Positions 39,496 through 52,979 of a stretch of DNA of 64,000 nt are shown piece after piece. The stretch's first letter is position 1, and every line of letters starts with the position of its first letter. The stretch lies in assembly GCF_004010195.1 (NCBI RefSeq), contig NC_057755.1:1477306-1541305 (forward strand), given 5' to 3'. The stretch comes from Chiloscyllium plagiosum (taxonomy: Eukaryota). Both the position numbers and the translations under genes were made by a program. Below the pieces are notes generated by a model that worked only from the letters and a program-made list of their open reading frames with translations, made no database searches and was not told the DNA's origin.

Positions 39496-39924
39496 CAAAG
39501 CCCTTCTTGAAACTGAGACAGAGATATTGGAGGAGGCAATTAAAATCATATTGAAATGGCAAAGGGGAATAGCAGAAGTCCATTCATGCCCTCTCATGTG
39601 AGTGCAAGATCTGCATATGGTCATTACGTCAGCCCACAGTTTTACTTGAAAAAGCCAAGACACGTAGGAAAGTGGAGGTGCGAGGATTGGGAATTTGTGT
39701 GAAGTTCAATGAAAATTGGATTGGGAATGAGGAATAGCCGGTGAGGTGGAGGGAATTGATACCGAGAGACAATACAACAGGGAGGGAACTAACTGTGTCA
39801 ATGGGCAGAGTGAGAGCAAGGCTCAATGTTGGTTTTTGAAGAGATGCGACCATTTGTTGGTCGCACATCAGTAGGTAATACTCCTCCCTGAAACACGGAC
39901 TAAAGCTGGAAATTTTCTCTAATG

Positions 39925-41352
39925 GAGTCATAGAGTCAGAGAGATGTACAGCACGGAAACAGACCCTTTGGTGCGACTGGTTCATGCTGACGAGATTTCA
40001 CAATCTAATCTAGTCCCACCTGCCAGCACCCAGTCCATATCCCTCCAAACACTTCCTGTTCATACACCCATCCAAATTCCTTTTAAGTGCTGCAATTGTC
40101 CGAGCCTCCACCACTTCCTCTGGCAGCTCATTCCAAACACGTACCACCCTCTACGTGAAAAAAATCCATGTTAGGTATCTTTTCTATTTTTCCCTTCTCA
40201 CCCTAAACCTATGCCTTCTACTTCTGGTCTCCCCCATCCCAGGGAAAAGACTTCGTCTATTTATCCTATCAATGCCCGCCATGATGTTACAAACCTCTGA
40301 CCATCCAGGGATAACAACGCCAGCCTATTCAACCTCTCCCTATAGCTCAAGTTCTCCAACCCTGGCAACATCCTTGCAAATCTTTTCTGAACCTTTTGAA
40401 GTTTCACAACATCTTTCCGATAGGATAGAGACCAGATTTACACGCAATATTCCAACAGTGGCCTAACCAATATCCTCTACAGCTGCAACATGATCGCCCA
40501 AGTCCTGTACTCAATACTCTGACCAATAAAGAAAAACATACCAAACGCCTTCTGCACTATCTTATCTACCTGCGACTCCACTTTCAAAAAGCTAAGAACC
40601 TCCACTCAAAGATCTCATTGTTCAGCAACACGCCCTCGAATCTTACCATTAGGTGTATAAGTCCTGCTAAGATTTAATTTTTCAAAATGCAGCATCTCGC
40701 ATTTATCTAAATTAAACGCCATCTGCTGCTCCTCAGTTCTTTGTCCCATCTGAATTAAATGCGGTTGTAATCTGAGGTAACCTTCTTCGCTGTCCACTAC
40801 ACCTCCAATTTGGTATCATCTGTAAACTTACTAATATACCTCTTATGCTCACATCCAAAACATTTATATAAATGGCAATAGTTCGTGGATCAAGGACCCA
40901 TCCTTGTGGCACTCCACAGGTCAGAGGCCTCCAGTCTGAACAACAACCCTCCACCACCAACCTCTGCCTCTATCTTTAAGCCAGTTCTGTGCCCAAATGG
41001 CTAGTTCACCCTGTATTCCATGATATCTAACGTTGCTGACCAATCTCCCATGAGGAACCTTGTCGAACACCTTGTTGAAGTTCATATAGATCATGTCCAT
41101 CCTTCTACCCTCATCAATCCTTCTTGTTACTTGTTCAAAAAATAAACTCAATGACGTTTGTGAGACATGATCTACAACGCACAAAGCCATGTTGACAATC
41201 CTTATTCAGTCCTTACCTTTGCAAATACATGCACATCCTGTCCCTCAGGATTCCCTTTAACAACTTGCCCAACACCGACAGCATGCTTACTGGTCTATAG
41301 TTCCCTGGCTTGTCCTTACCACCCTTCTTAAACAGTGGTATCTCGTTAGCTA
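39925..41352 (-). mobile_element. CR1 LINE 3' portion (RT and tail), decayed
   Basis: IYMNFNKVFDKVPHGRL, GVPQGWVLDP, FNLDKCEMLHF; tail ctctgactctatgact. Confidence 0.9.
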
Positions 41353-43318
41353 ATAAATATTTAAGTCGTTTGTTTAAGGTATAGAATGTGTGTCTGGAAA
41401 TTAATTACCCACAAATACTGGGACTGATTACTTAGAATCTGTTTCAGAAACATTGGAGTGATGATGGTGTCTTTACCCATACTGGTGTCTGCTAAATTGC
41501 CCATACTGAAAAGGGGTGTGTAGGCTTGGTGCACTAGTCAGAAGAAATGTCGAGTAATATGTGTCCGGGAGTGGGTCTGGGTGAAGTACTATTTGCAGGG
41601 TAGTGTGGACTTGTTGGGCCATATAGTCTATTTGCACACCGTAGGGATTCTAATTCTTTACTTAAAAATAATTCATCTAAGCTCATATTAACATCTATAA
41701 ATACACACACTCACATATATACACACATATACATGCACACAAGCACGCACGCCCACATACACCTCTTTGGTCTGTATTCAAACGCATCTGTAATTTGTTG
41801 GTTAAATCTATGATAACGTAACATGTATGATCTATAAATTAAGAGTGTGTAACATGAGACTGCAATGAAATAGTCTCATATCCTTGTTTGTAGTTCGTTT
41901 CAAGAATGTAAGAGGATTGTGATCCGTGTACACAACTGTCTCTGACACATTTTTCGTGACATAAATATTAAAATGTTGTAAGGCTAGTACCAAACTCAAT
42001 AATTTTTTTTTGATTGTAGAGAATTTCCTTTGGTGGGTGTTAAGTCTCTTGAAAAGTAAACAACCGGTCATTTGATTCCATCATCACCTTCCTGTAGCAG
42101 CACAGCCCCAACAGCTGTGTCAAGAGCATTGATGGCAACTTTGACGGGTTTCAAAAATTTCGGTGTATCTAAAACTGGTACGATGGTTAACATTGTTTTT
42201 AAATTGTCAAATACCTCCTGGCCTTATTCTGTCCACCAAAACATTGTGTTCTTCCTCAGCAAATCTGTTAATAGTGCCACTATACTGCTGAATCGTGGAG
42301 TAAACTTCCAGTAGAATCCACTGAGCCACAACAACCGAAGCATGTCTTTCTTCGAGGTTGGTCATGGAAATTCTTCGATGGCCTTCGTCTTTGTGTTCCG
42401 TGGGGTTAACCTTCCATGGCTGATGTTCTGTCTGAAGAATATCACCTCCGCTTTTGCGAACTCAGTTTTGTTTAAGTTTACAACCAGTTTTGGCTCTCAC
42501 AGTCGTTCAAAGAGTTCTACCAACTGTACCATATGATCTTTCTACGACTCTGTAACGATCACTACATTGTCCAAATCGACTGCAAAGTTTAATAAAGTAG
42601 CTACAACTCTGTTCATGAGTCTCTGCAAGGTAGCTGATGTACGTTCATTCCAAAGGGCATCACTTTGAATTGATATAGGATTTTTGGGGTTACAAATGCA
42701 GAAATTTCTTGCGCCGTCTCTGAAAACGTTACCTGCCAGTAACCACGCAGTAAGTCCAAATTTGTGATTTAACTGGGTTGTCCAACTTTCTCTCTACTGT
42801 CGTCAAATCATGCTATTGAATATGAACCAAATTTTGTAACAGCGTTGACATTCGGATAGTCCACGCAATATTGTTGAATCCCGTCAGGTTGGGAGCGAAC
42901 ACAATCAGCGAACTCCACTCGCTCTGACACGTTTGAATGATGTCTTCATTGAGCATCGCCTTCACTTCCTTCTGGACCTGTCTGGCTTTTGAAGGATTAA
43001 GCTTATAGGGGTGCTCTTTTATCAGAACAGTGTTTCCGACATCTACCTCATATAAAATAGCATTAGTCCTCTCTACTTATTCCCGTATAGGTCTTCATAC
43101 TGGTGTAAAAAAACTTTCAACTCTGTTGTTTTCTCCTGAGACAGATAGTTTACTAACCTATCCCACTTCTCAAGAACTACCTTACTGTTTAATATATTTT
43201 GAGGCATATCAAATTCCAGAACATCTGGATTTCATTGCTCTCTCTCTGGGGCAGTAACTAACACTGGTTTCTCCAGTTATTTCTCCTATTATAATAAGAT
43301 TTCAACATATGTCAACAT

Positions 43319-43802
43319 TCAAAGTTTGTGCGAAGATTTGTAGCTCGGGTGCTCGTTGTTGTGGTTCTGTTCGCCGAGCTGGAAGTTTTTGTTGCAAACG
43401 TTTCGTCCCCTGGCTAGGCGACATCATCAGTGCTTGGGAGCCTCCTGCGAAGCGCTTCTTTGATGTTTCCTCCGGTGTTTATAGTGGTCTGTCCCTGCCG
43501 CTTCCGGTTGTCAGTTTCAGCTGTCCGCTGTAGTGGTTGGTATATTGGGTCCAGGTCGATGTGTTTGTTGATGTGTTCATCCACAAACTCCATCAACAAA
43601 CACATCGACCTGGACCCAATATACCAACCACTACAGCGGACAGCTGAAACTGACAACCGGAAGCGGCAGGGACAGACCACTATAAACACCGGAGGAAACA
43701 TCAAAGAAGCGCTTCGCAGGAGGCTCCCAAGCACTGATGATGTCGCCTAGCCAGGGGACGAAACGTTTGCAACAAAAACTTCCAGCTCGGCGAACAGAAC
43801 CA
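43319..43802. mobile_element. Penelope-like element 3' end with inverted duplication, inserted in the Gypsy element
   Basis: Perfect 217-bp arms (43357-43573 and 43591-43807), 17-bp spacer, TSD CAACATATGTCAACAT (43303-43318, 43803-43818). Encodes NSINKHIDLDPIYQPL, typical of the end of a Penelope GIY-YIG ORF. Confidence 0.9.
43731..43770 (+). ncRNA. Minimal hammerhead ribozyme motif (mirror copy on minus strand, 43394-43433)
   Basis: GCA-CTGATGA-TGTCGCC-TAGCCA-GGGGAC-GAAA-CG-TT-TGC. Confidence 0.6.
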
Positions 43803-46562
43803 CAACATATGTCAACATATTTACATGACATATCCGCTACAGATTTTTTTATCTGCCACCTTTAGCAGACAGTACACTTGAATCAACTGGTTCTCAATTT
43901 GATAGGAACCACTAAATCTGGCTTTGAAGGGATCCCTTTTCACTGGTAATATACTAATATGTTATCCCCATGGGAAAACATGCGAATCTCAGTGCTTTTA
44001 TCTGCCACCTGTTTCATTCTATGCTGTGTCCCTTTAGGTGCTGTTTAGCTAACTCACTTACACGAAGTAATCTTTTCCTCAACTCCGATACATAATCCAA
44101 GTGTGAGATTTCCGACATTTGTCCTGTCAATTTATCTTTAATTATTTTCAAAGGCCTCTCACTTCATGTCCGAATGTGAAATCAAAATAAGTAGATTCCA
44201 TTTGGGGCATCTCTAATGACAAACAATATGAAGAGGATACCTTAATTCCAATCATTCGGGTAATTCTGCGCATATGTTCTCAACATGCCCTTCAGGTTTT
44301 GATGCCACTTTTCTAAATTTCCCTGGAGTTCAGGATGATACACACTTGATTTAAAGTGTTGCATACATAAGCAATTCATGACTTCCTTTCTGTTGCAAGT
44401 TCATTCGCCTGACGCAACCAAATACTTCTGTGTGACCCTCTAACTGTTCAGGTTTTTCCTGAAGCATTAAATCAAACAGGGTGTCTATTAACTTAACCTG
44501 AAATCCTTGATCTTTCTGTTTAGTTTTTGTTTCATGCTGTGACTTATGATAATGGGATCTTGTTATGCACAGTCTGGAAAAATACCAGGGTATTTTTCTC
44601 CTAACTCCTCAGTTCCCTTGTCTTCGTTGGGCTTCTCCACAACAAGGGGTGTCACTCCCACCTTGGACCCTGCTGAATCATTCCCAAGAACAAACTGGAT
44701 TCCTGGAATTAACACTCTGTCACTCACTCTCACTGTTACTTCCCCAGTCCTGAGTTGACACTCCAATCCGATATTACATAGGGGAATGCTACATTTCTGT
44801 CCATCTGTTGCACAAATTACCACTTTCTTGGGTAAAACGTCAGAAAGAATGCAAATACGTTCATCTCTTACTTTTCGAGACTGGTTACATCCTGCATCTA
44901 TCAAAATTATAACTTATTTCCCTTCTCGCATTTCTTTTTTCCAGAATAAACTTTACCCACAAAAGCGAATTTTTAATTGAGATCAGGCACTTACTCCATA
45001 CCCATCCCCTGCCGAGGTTCTGCATTGTCCTGCAGCTCCTAGACATTTTTTGGGTTTCCTTTACTACTTTCACTAATCACACTGACTTAGCTTCTTTTAA
45101 CACATCTTTTCCCATGGTGCCTTTCTTTAACGACCGACACTGTGATTTTACATGTCCCACTTTCTCGCAGTGAGAACACCTTTTTCCTAATGCCCCTCTG
45201 AATCCACTGGCACTGTAATGTTTTGTGTTCTACTCCATTACAGTGAAAACACCTGAGGCCTTGTACCTCCTTTCCACCCTCTACGCTTCTTTTTTCAACA
45301 TGTGGTAAACAATTACTTGTTAGAGTATCATATCTCCTTCATCCAACTTCTGCCCCTCGCAGGATGAAATTCTCGCCAGATGCTGAATTGTGTCTTATGC
45401 ACCATATGTATTCTTCTGCCATTTCTGCTGCTCTTCTCAATTCCTGAATTTTCTGCTCATGCACTTGAATTCTGATCATCTCTGGAAGTGAGTTTTTAGA
45501 CTCCTCCAGCAGAATAATCTGTCATAGAGCCACATAGGTCTTAGCTATTTTGAAGGCCCACGCCCATTTGTCAAAATTACCATGTTTACATCTTTCGTTC
45601 TCAACATAAGTATGAAGTCGTTCCTTCATTATGTTTCTGAACCGCTGTCTATACACATCTGGCACCAGTTCATCAGCACTCAAAATAGCCGTTTGACCTC
45701 TTCATAATCTCTTGCCCCCTCAACTGACCTGCTGGAAATACATCACTAGTTCTGCCTACCAACTTAGTCTGAACCAGCATTACCCACAAGTGCTCTGACC
45801 ACTCCATCTGCCGAGTCATTTTTAAAATAGAAATAAAGAAGGTTTCGATTTTTTTCTGATCAAAATTAAGCAGTTTTAAAGTATTTAAATATCACTGCCC
45901 TATCTCTACGTCCCCATCCTGTTAACTTAGCTGACTAAGTCACAACTTCTGACGTTCAAATTCTCTCCTTTTCTCTTTCCTTTCTCTCTTTATTTCTTTT
46001 CCTTTCTTCTGTATCTCTTTGTTGAGCCAAGAACCTTCTCTCTGTTTCTTTTTCCTCTCTCTCTTTCTTTTCCACCTATTTTCTTTCTCTCTCTCTTTCG
46101 TTTTCTGCTTTCGCTCTTTGCTTATGTTCTAGTTCCATTTTCCTCAATTGTAATTTATTTTTTTCTAGGTTTACTGCACATCTGTTTCTCTGACACCTCT
46201 AAATGTTTGAGTAACTACCTTACAATGTCAGTTTTACTTTTGTCCTTGGTCAAACCAAATTTTATCCTCTTCATTAATTCTAAAAGCATGGTCTTTTCTG
46301 TCTTCCAAAAGTTCTTGGCAAATTTGGGAATCTTCTGCAAACCCCAATACGTCTTCAGCCATTTCTCTCACTTTTAATGTAACTAACTACAAAGAACCAA
46401 AATTAAACAAATTGTCTCACCTACGTTTTATTTGAGCACCGAGGGCACGAATCGCCACTGTTTAAATCTGCAGCGATCTTTTGTAACCCAAATATGTTCA
46501 ACTCTGTCCAAATTTCATAATGGATCTGTCTAAACTGTCAAATCCTGGACAAACACTCAAAC

Positions 46563-47150
46563 TGTTACAACACAGAGGTGACCTCTTCTGCTAATTAATC
46601 CAAACTAATCCATCTTAAAGATAGTAGAAAATGAATGGTAGATAAAGCAGGAAAATGATACTGATTGTGGATGATCAGCCATGATCATAATTAATGGTGA
46701 TGCTGGCTCGAAGGGCCGAATGGCCTACTCCTGCACCTATTGTCTATTGTCTGAACACGCAAAAAAGGTCACCTCGCCTCGTAATTTGTAAAAGCATGAG
46801 TGACAGCGAATTCACTACCACTACATAAAGAAAAATATCAATTTATCATTTAGCACTCAAAGTGAACATTAAACAACTATTTTTAAGTCTTAACTTCCTT
46901 TCTCTTAAATGCTTGTTATCTACCTCTCATTCTATAACAATATGCTGATCCACTGAAAACCACCATTAATCATACGGCAACTTACATTTCAAAACTAGAC
47001 AGCGGCGATTATCATCAACATCTGTGTTCTTTCAGCTGCACATCTCCCTGGTCAATCTTCGGGATTTTGTTCCAAAGACGTTTCATTTAAAAAAAGGTAC
47101 CTTTGATATAGAGTGTTTTGAATAGCAGTCCCTCTCCAAATGACAGCCTG

Positions 47151-47201
<51 letters not shown>

Positions 47202-47497
47202 CATTCAAAATGTTTGTTTTTTTATAGACACCAAGCATCAGGTCATCTCATTGGTTCGATATTGTCAAACAGTAAAATCCAATAAGATTGTATTTTAGTA
47301 TTCTGGGGCATACTTTGAATTGATTGTTGAAATTCAAACTGTTGGGAACACAGCAGCCAAATGTTACATATTTTCAATTTCCCAGTACACTCTGAGACTA
47401 TTATTTAGTCACAAGACATTTGCCTGCAAACTCTAACTGCCAAAACAACGTTCATTCTCTCTTAAAGGAACAGTACATGTCTTCAAATCTCATAATA
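46563..47497 (-). repeat. 5' LTR of the Gmr1-like element, containing a CR1 3' fragment (46615-46752) and (TC)n (47154-47199)
   Basis: tgttacaa...tcataata ends; adjacent minus-strand ttgagtgtttgtccaggat resembles a degenerate tRNA-Pro PBS (TGGGGGCTCGTCCGGGAT). Confidence 0.6.
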
Positions 47498-48754
47498 TAT
47501 AGGGGAAATCAAAATAAACAAAAATTACTGGGGATTTGACATCCATGTCCATGTCCATCATTTGAATGCAGCAACGATTCATCAGAATGAGAGCTGGGCA
47601 ACAAGGGTGCAATGGTGAGGAAATCAAATATTGCAAAACCAGGACTGAATTAATCAAATTTAGAAGGGTCAGGGACGAGTAAAGATTTTAACAGAATAAT
47701 GGAATCTACTAGCGCTCAATGGACAAAAACACTTCTTGTTGCTAGCCTTTGGTTTTCAACGATGTTAAGTTTATCGACGACTTGAAATCTTACCAAGAAT
47801 GAACAATGCCAAACATTTTTCTATATTATATTGACCTTTTATGCTCATTCATTCACTGAATCTGTCTTTCCTCTTCTCAGAGTTCCGATGTTCTCCTTGT
47901 CTTTTACAGTCCAACTAAACATTGTACTATCAACAAACGTCACACATGATCCCATCATCTCAGCCATTGTATCTCGAGAAATGATCCTTGTAGAACTCGC
48001 TAATACCAGCCTGACAACACGAAGACGACAGATTTAATCGTGCTCTCTATTTTGTTCCTTCACCATTACTCAAAAAAATCCCATTTCCACATCACTGAAG
48101 CCCTCATTGACAACATTGACACCCGCTCATACATTTCCAGAATTTAATATTTCTGCATCATTGTGTGTGCAAATCTCTCCCTGGCCTTACTCCTCCATCC
48201 TGCTTGAAACTGTTCCATTGCAGGATTAGTCAGGTGTTTTAGGTGTTTCTCTGCACATGTATAGTACACTGAAGGGAACAGAGAATAACTCATCCCCATT
48301 TGCTGTTATACAGATCGTGAGTGTTTCAGAGTCAGCTCTGAAATATGTCCAGGACAGGCATATCCTAGGAGGAGGATCTATAATGATTAGAGCTACTGTG
48401 ATCATTGAGGGTATTTTTCAATGAGTTATGTTACCACTTTCAATTATTGCCATAATTGGGAAACAGTTATATTTGATTCAGAAGCGATATCCCTGCAAAG
48501 CAAGGATTCCATTCCGATGTTGGATTTATGAAAACCTAAAATGTGTCATCTCCATTAACCAACTCTTATGCATACCGAAATTAGCCGCTGATAACCAGGG
48601 ACACCAGATTCCAGGCTGTGGAGCACATTTCTCAGAGAGACACTCAACAATCGGAATTTAATTTATGAATGGTCAAGGTAAAGGGAAGGACGACACTGAA
48701 ATAAAATGCGATTTCAGTGTTAAGTAAATGGTTTTGGGGTGGAAATGCTGGCAT

Positions 48755-48905
48755 ACTGGGTGGCACAGTGGCTCAGTGATTAGTAATGCTGCCTTACAGG
48801 GCCAGAGGTTGGGTCTGAGTTGGATACTCTTTGCAGCCTTTGCAGAGTCCGTGTGGACTCGATGGGCCCATTGGCCTGCTTCCACACTGAAAGGATTATA
48901 TGATT
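48755..48905 (+). mobile_element. Degenerate, internally deleted V-SINE
   Basis: ggcacagtggctcagtgattag head joined to ggactcgatgggcc..ggcctgcttccacactg tail. Confidence 0.65.
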
Positions 48906-50516
48906 TTATTCAAAATGCATTTTCCAATGTTTGCTATTGAGTAATTGAGTTGCGTTATCCAACAAACTTCAGTTCTAATAATATTCTGTGACTACTGGGT
49001 GTTAACTCAATGCTGTAAACTGTTTGTTCAAATTCTTAAATAAATGAATTCAATCACATTGTAATGTAACAGTCCCCCAGGCGATGTCAGTAGGTATAAA
49101 TGAATGGCTTTGAGATTGCATCACCTCAGCATTGAGTACAGAGAGATTGCCTGCACAAAACGATTCAGGCAGAAGATGGCGTCCTCAATTGATCATGTGC
49201 AGAGACTATTGTACACGACTCTTTCATTTGTGGCAATTCCTGGTAAGTACCTTACAACATCGAAATTGTGTGAATCTGTCTGAGGGTTCTCTGAGGTGTC
49301 ACTCTGCCACTGACAATGATACATGGGCATGCTGTGTCCAAAAGTCTCACAGTGGCAGACGATCAGTAATTTAGTCTCAGATTACAAATTCCCCATTAAA
49401 TCCTCATCGTTGCAGATTCTGCAGGAACTGACTGGGAAATGATTAATCTCTTCTAATAATCTTCCAAAAATCCATTTTAATCGCGGCTACAGAAACTTTC
49501 GTTGGAATTCAGGCAAGGACTCACTTTGGAAAAATACAAGCTTTGGTATTTTTGTGTAGAGAGTGCAATGTCATTTGGTTTGAGTTTGGTTTTTGAAAGA
49601 ATAAGCAGTGGGCTTTTCTGTGCATCTGAAGTTAATGTTTAATTTGAAATTAGTTCTGTAATCACAGAAATACGTTTTTAAAATTGCATTTTGAGGTTTG
49701 GTTACAGGCTGAATAGCTTTGTGCGCGAGTCAACGTTTATTTTTGATGCTTGCAACCCAGCATGGAATCCATGCAGCCTGAAAGATTTTTTGGGAAGTTC
49801 TGGAATTTGCGAGTAAGGAAGAAACACTTAACTGAGAAAGCTTGACTTTCACTTTTTATCATTTTTGCCCTTTGTTTCAGTCCCAGTAAGACCTTGGAAT
49901 TGAGTGGATGCATAAATCTTTGTTCACGTGAAGGAAATAAAGTTTTACTAAATTATATTGCCTTGGGATGAAAGTGTCGTGTTTGTCCCAGACAGAAGTA
50001 TTGGGACAAGGCAAAACTCTGAAAAGATTGTTTGAAACTGAGTACATTGACAATCAGGGATACGGTAGCTCTAGGAAGAATTTACTGCAGTTCCACTTCA
50101 GAAGTTACAATCAGAAGTCATTTAATCCAGTGATAGATAAAGGCATTCCGGTGTAAATATTATGTGAGGGTTGTGTACTTTGGAAACCCACTCGTAGTCA
50201 TGTTTTGTATAATATGTAAAATTCGTATTCTTTTGTTTCATTTGTGTGTTGTTTGAGGTGAATTAGATTTTTACATTTATTGCGTGTCCATTGCATTTGA
50301 ATCTGCGTTTTCATTACGTAGTTTGGTTTGTTCTATTTTGTCGTCATTTTTTTTTTGCAATAAACCTCTGCTTCGTTGTGGAAGTAATATTTGCAGCATT
50401 GTGTGTTTACTGTGCGATCACTGTGTTAAATCAAGACAAATAAGGGTATCATCCATCAAGCTGGATTTCTGTCTATGATCTAGCTTGTTCTGTAATTAAA
50501 CAGTTGGTATCAGAAC

Positions 50517-51343
50517 TGTGTACATGGGGTTGACAGTGTGAACCTTTTCCCGCGTATGGAGTCGGGTATTACAAGGGGGCATAGCTTTAAATTAAGGGGG
50601 GGTAGATATAGGACTGAAGTTAGGGGTAGGTTCTTCACTCAGCGAGTTGTAGTGTGGATGAGCAGAGGGATCTTGGTGTCCATGTACACAGATCTCTGAA
50701 AGTTGCCACCCAGGTAAATAGTGCGGTGAGGAAGGCATATGGCCTACTGGCTTTTATTGGTAGAGGAATTGAGTTCCGGAGTCCTGAGGTCATGATGCAG
50801 TTGTATAAGTCTCTGGTGCGGCCGCATCTGGAATATTGTGTGCAGTTTTGGTCGCCATACTATAGGAAGGATGTGGAGGCACTGGAACGGGTGCAGAGGA
50901 GGTTTACCAGGATGTTGCCTGGTATGAAAGGAAAATCGTATGAGGAAAGACTGAGGCACTTGGGGCTGTTTTCACTAGAGAAAAGAAGGTTTAGGGGTGA
51001 CTTGATTGAGGTGTACAAGATGATTAGGGGGTTAGATAGGGTTGACAGTGTGAACCTTTTCCCGCGTATGGAGTCGGGTATTACAAGGGGGCATAGCTTT
51101 ATATTAAGGGGGGTTGATATAGGACTGAAGTTAGGGGTAGGTTCTTCACTCAGCGAGTCGTTAGTTCATGGAATGCCCTGCCAGTAGCAGTGGTGTACTC
51201 TCCCTCTTTATGGGCATTTAAGCGGGCATTGGATAGGTATATGGAGGATAGTGGGTTAGTATAGGTTAGGTGGGCTTGGATCGGCGCAACATCGAGGGCC
51301 AAAGGGCCTGTACTGCGCTGTATTGTTCTATGTTCTATGTTCT
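50517..51343 (+). mobile_element. Young 5'-truncated CR1 LINE with a duplicated 5' segment
   Basis: 177-aa ORF with LYKSLVRPHLEYCVQFWSP and LERVQRRFTRMLPG; (TATGTTC)n tail; TSD AGAAC (50512-50516, 51344-51348). Confidence 0.95.
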
Positions 51344-52979
51344 AGAACAGACGTGAGGCTCTTAAACACTGAGACTAAATTCTGAGGAACTGATAAACTA
51401 ACCTTACTACTCAAATAGATTGCGCCCAAACTGTATCCGTCCAGATCCTTATCAGACATTCACATGAGTTGTAATTCCATATTACCCATCCCAGAGTTAC
51501 GACACTGTCACTCTGCACCACAGCCAACGCAAAAAAAATTCCCTCACCCCAAATCTGACCTGTAATACGAGAACCACATCAGACGCTGGGTGGTTCGCAG
51601 CTTTGTTTTTGTTCACGATGCTGGTCATCATCTCGGAATGAGGGTAGAATTGCACAGAAGAGAGTACAGAAGAGATTTTCAGGAATGCTGTTGATATGTG
51701 GAATTTATTGCAGCATTGAGGAAAGATGGATAGCGTATGGACATCTTCCCTGAACTGAGGCGAATGAGATTTGACGTGATTGAGATGTGCAAAATAAGCT
51801 GGGTCTTCGAAGGAGACCTATCTCACCGAATCCAGGACCATTTAGCAAAGGACACAGAATGAGAAAAAAATAATGGCAGGATGATTAAGGACATATCGCT
51901 TCATTCAGAAGACTAGAAATCACCGCACAGTTTTGATGATAGCTTGAGGTGACAAAACTTAACACTTTGAAAGGGAACTTGAATTTACACGTGCAAGTGT
52001 AGAAACCTTCATGGCTGTGGACCAGGTGCTGGAAATTGGGGTCAGAGCAAGTAGCTAGCTTATTCCGTTGATCCAGACATGAATGACCTCCTTCAATGTA
52101 GGATTGCAGAAAGACAGAGAGTGTTTAAGTGGATTAACTTGATAGGTTAAATAGCCTGTTTCTGTGCTCTTCGTTTCCACCACTGGAACACTGTGGAGTG
52201 TTGGAGTAAGTTCCGGAGGGCTGTGGCTACATTTGAGCTGTTCCCTGAAGAAGTGCTTATGGCTTCATATATTTTACAATGTATAAAGCAATTTTACATG
52301 GGGAAAAGTAATGTTAACTAAGTTCAGAACATACAATTTATCAATTTATTACGTTAATATTGCTTACCCTGTTTAGTTATTCTCATTACAAAGTACTGAT
52401 TATTTTTTTAAAAAGAGGTATTGTGTCTAAGAACTGCTGAGTGTTCGGATTATCACTTCAACTGCCCAGACATAATCAAAACACATCAGAGAGACATGAT
52501 ATTTAACCATTTTAGATTTTATTATACAATGCATTAGAGCTGTCACATTCAGTAATTGTCGTAGTGAACAGCCTATTTAGTTTTACTTTGTGTACTTTAT
52601 TAATAAAATATCAACAAACACATTCCCAATGCATTTGAGTCAGATTATGCAGAGAATGTCATAAAAAGTCGCATTTCTCTATTTGCATTTTGAATTATTT
52701 GATGCCTGAACGTGCAATCAAAATTATAACATTTGTTAAGTATGGCAAGGAATTGTTCACTTTCCAAAACAAACTTTGAGGGTTTCAGTGAGTTAACAAA
52801 TCCTCAGTTTATCATCACCCAGAGGGGGCTTAAATGGCAGTTTGTGTCTTTAATGATGAAACAAACCTTTCTCCGATCTGTTAACAATATGCGTCAAATA
52901 ATAACATCTTCTCAAGTGCAACAGTGCATTTTATTTTCTATTATAGTGACCACACATTGCGTGGTAATTCAAATGGAGG

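Larger units (their letters stand above)
41790..47497 (-). mobile_element. Gmr1-like Ty3/Gypsy LTR retrotransposon, decayed (5' LTR, PBS, SCAN-like gag with two zinc knuckles, PR, IN, RT, RH)
   Basis: Minus strand: DYEEVK.AILSADELVPDVYRQRFRN and IILLEESKNSLPE (45720-45470); CFHCNGVEHKTLQC and CSHCEKVGHVKSQC (45260-45138); PGIQFVLGND (~44690); integrase YHPELQGNLEKWHQNLKGML (~44340-44280) and FKARFSGSYQ (~43910); RT YQFKVMPFGM (~42660); RH VYTDHNPLTFL (~41920). No 3' LTR recognised. Confidence 0.9.

Noticed and set aside
43309..43831. Near-identical ORFs on both strands
   Set aside because: A consequence of the palindrome, not two genes.
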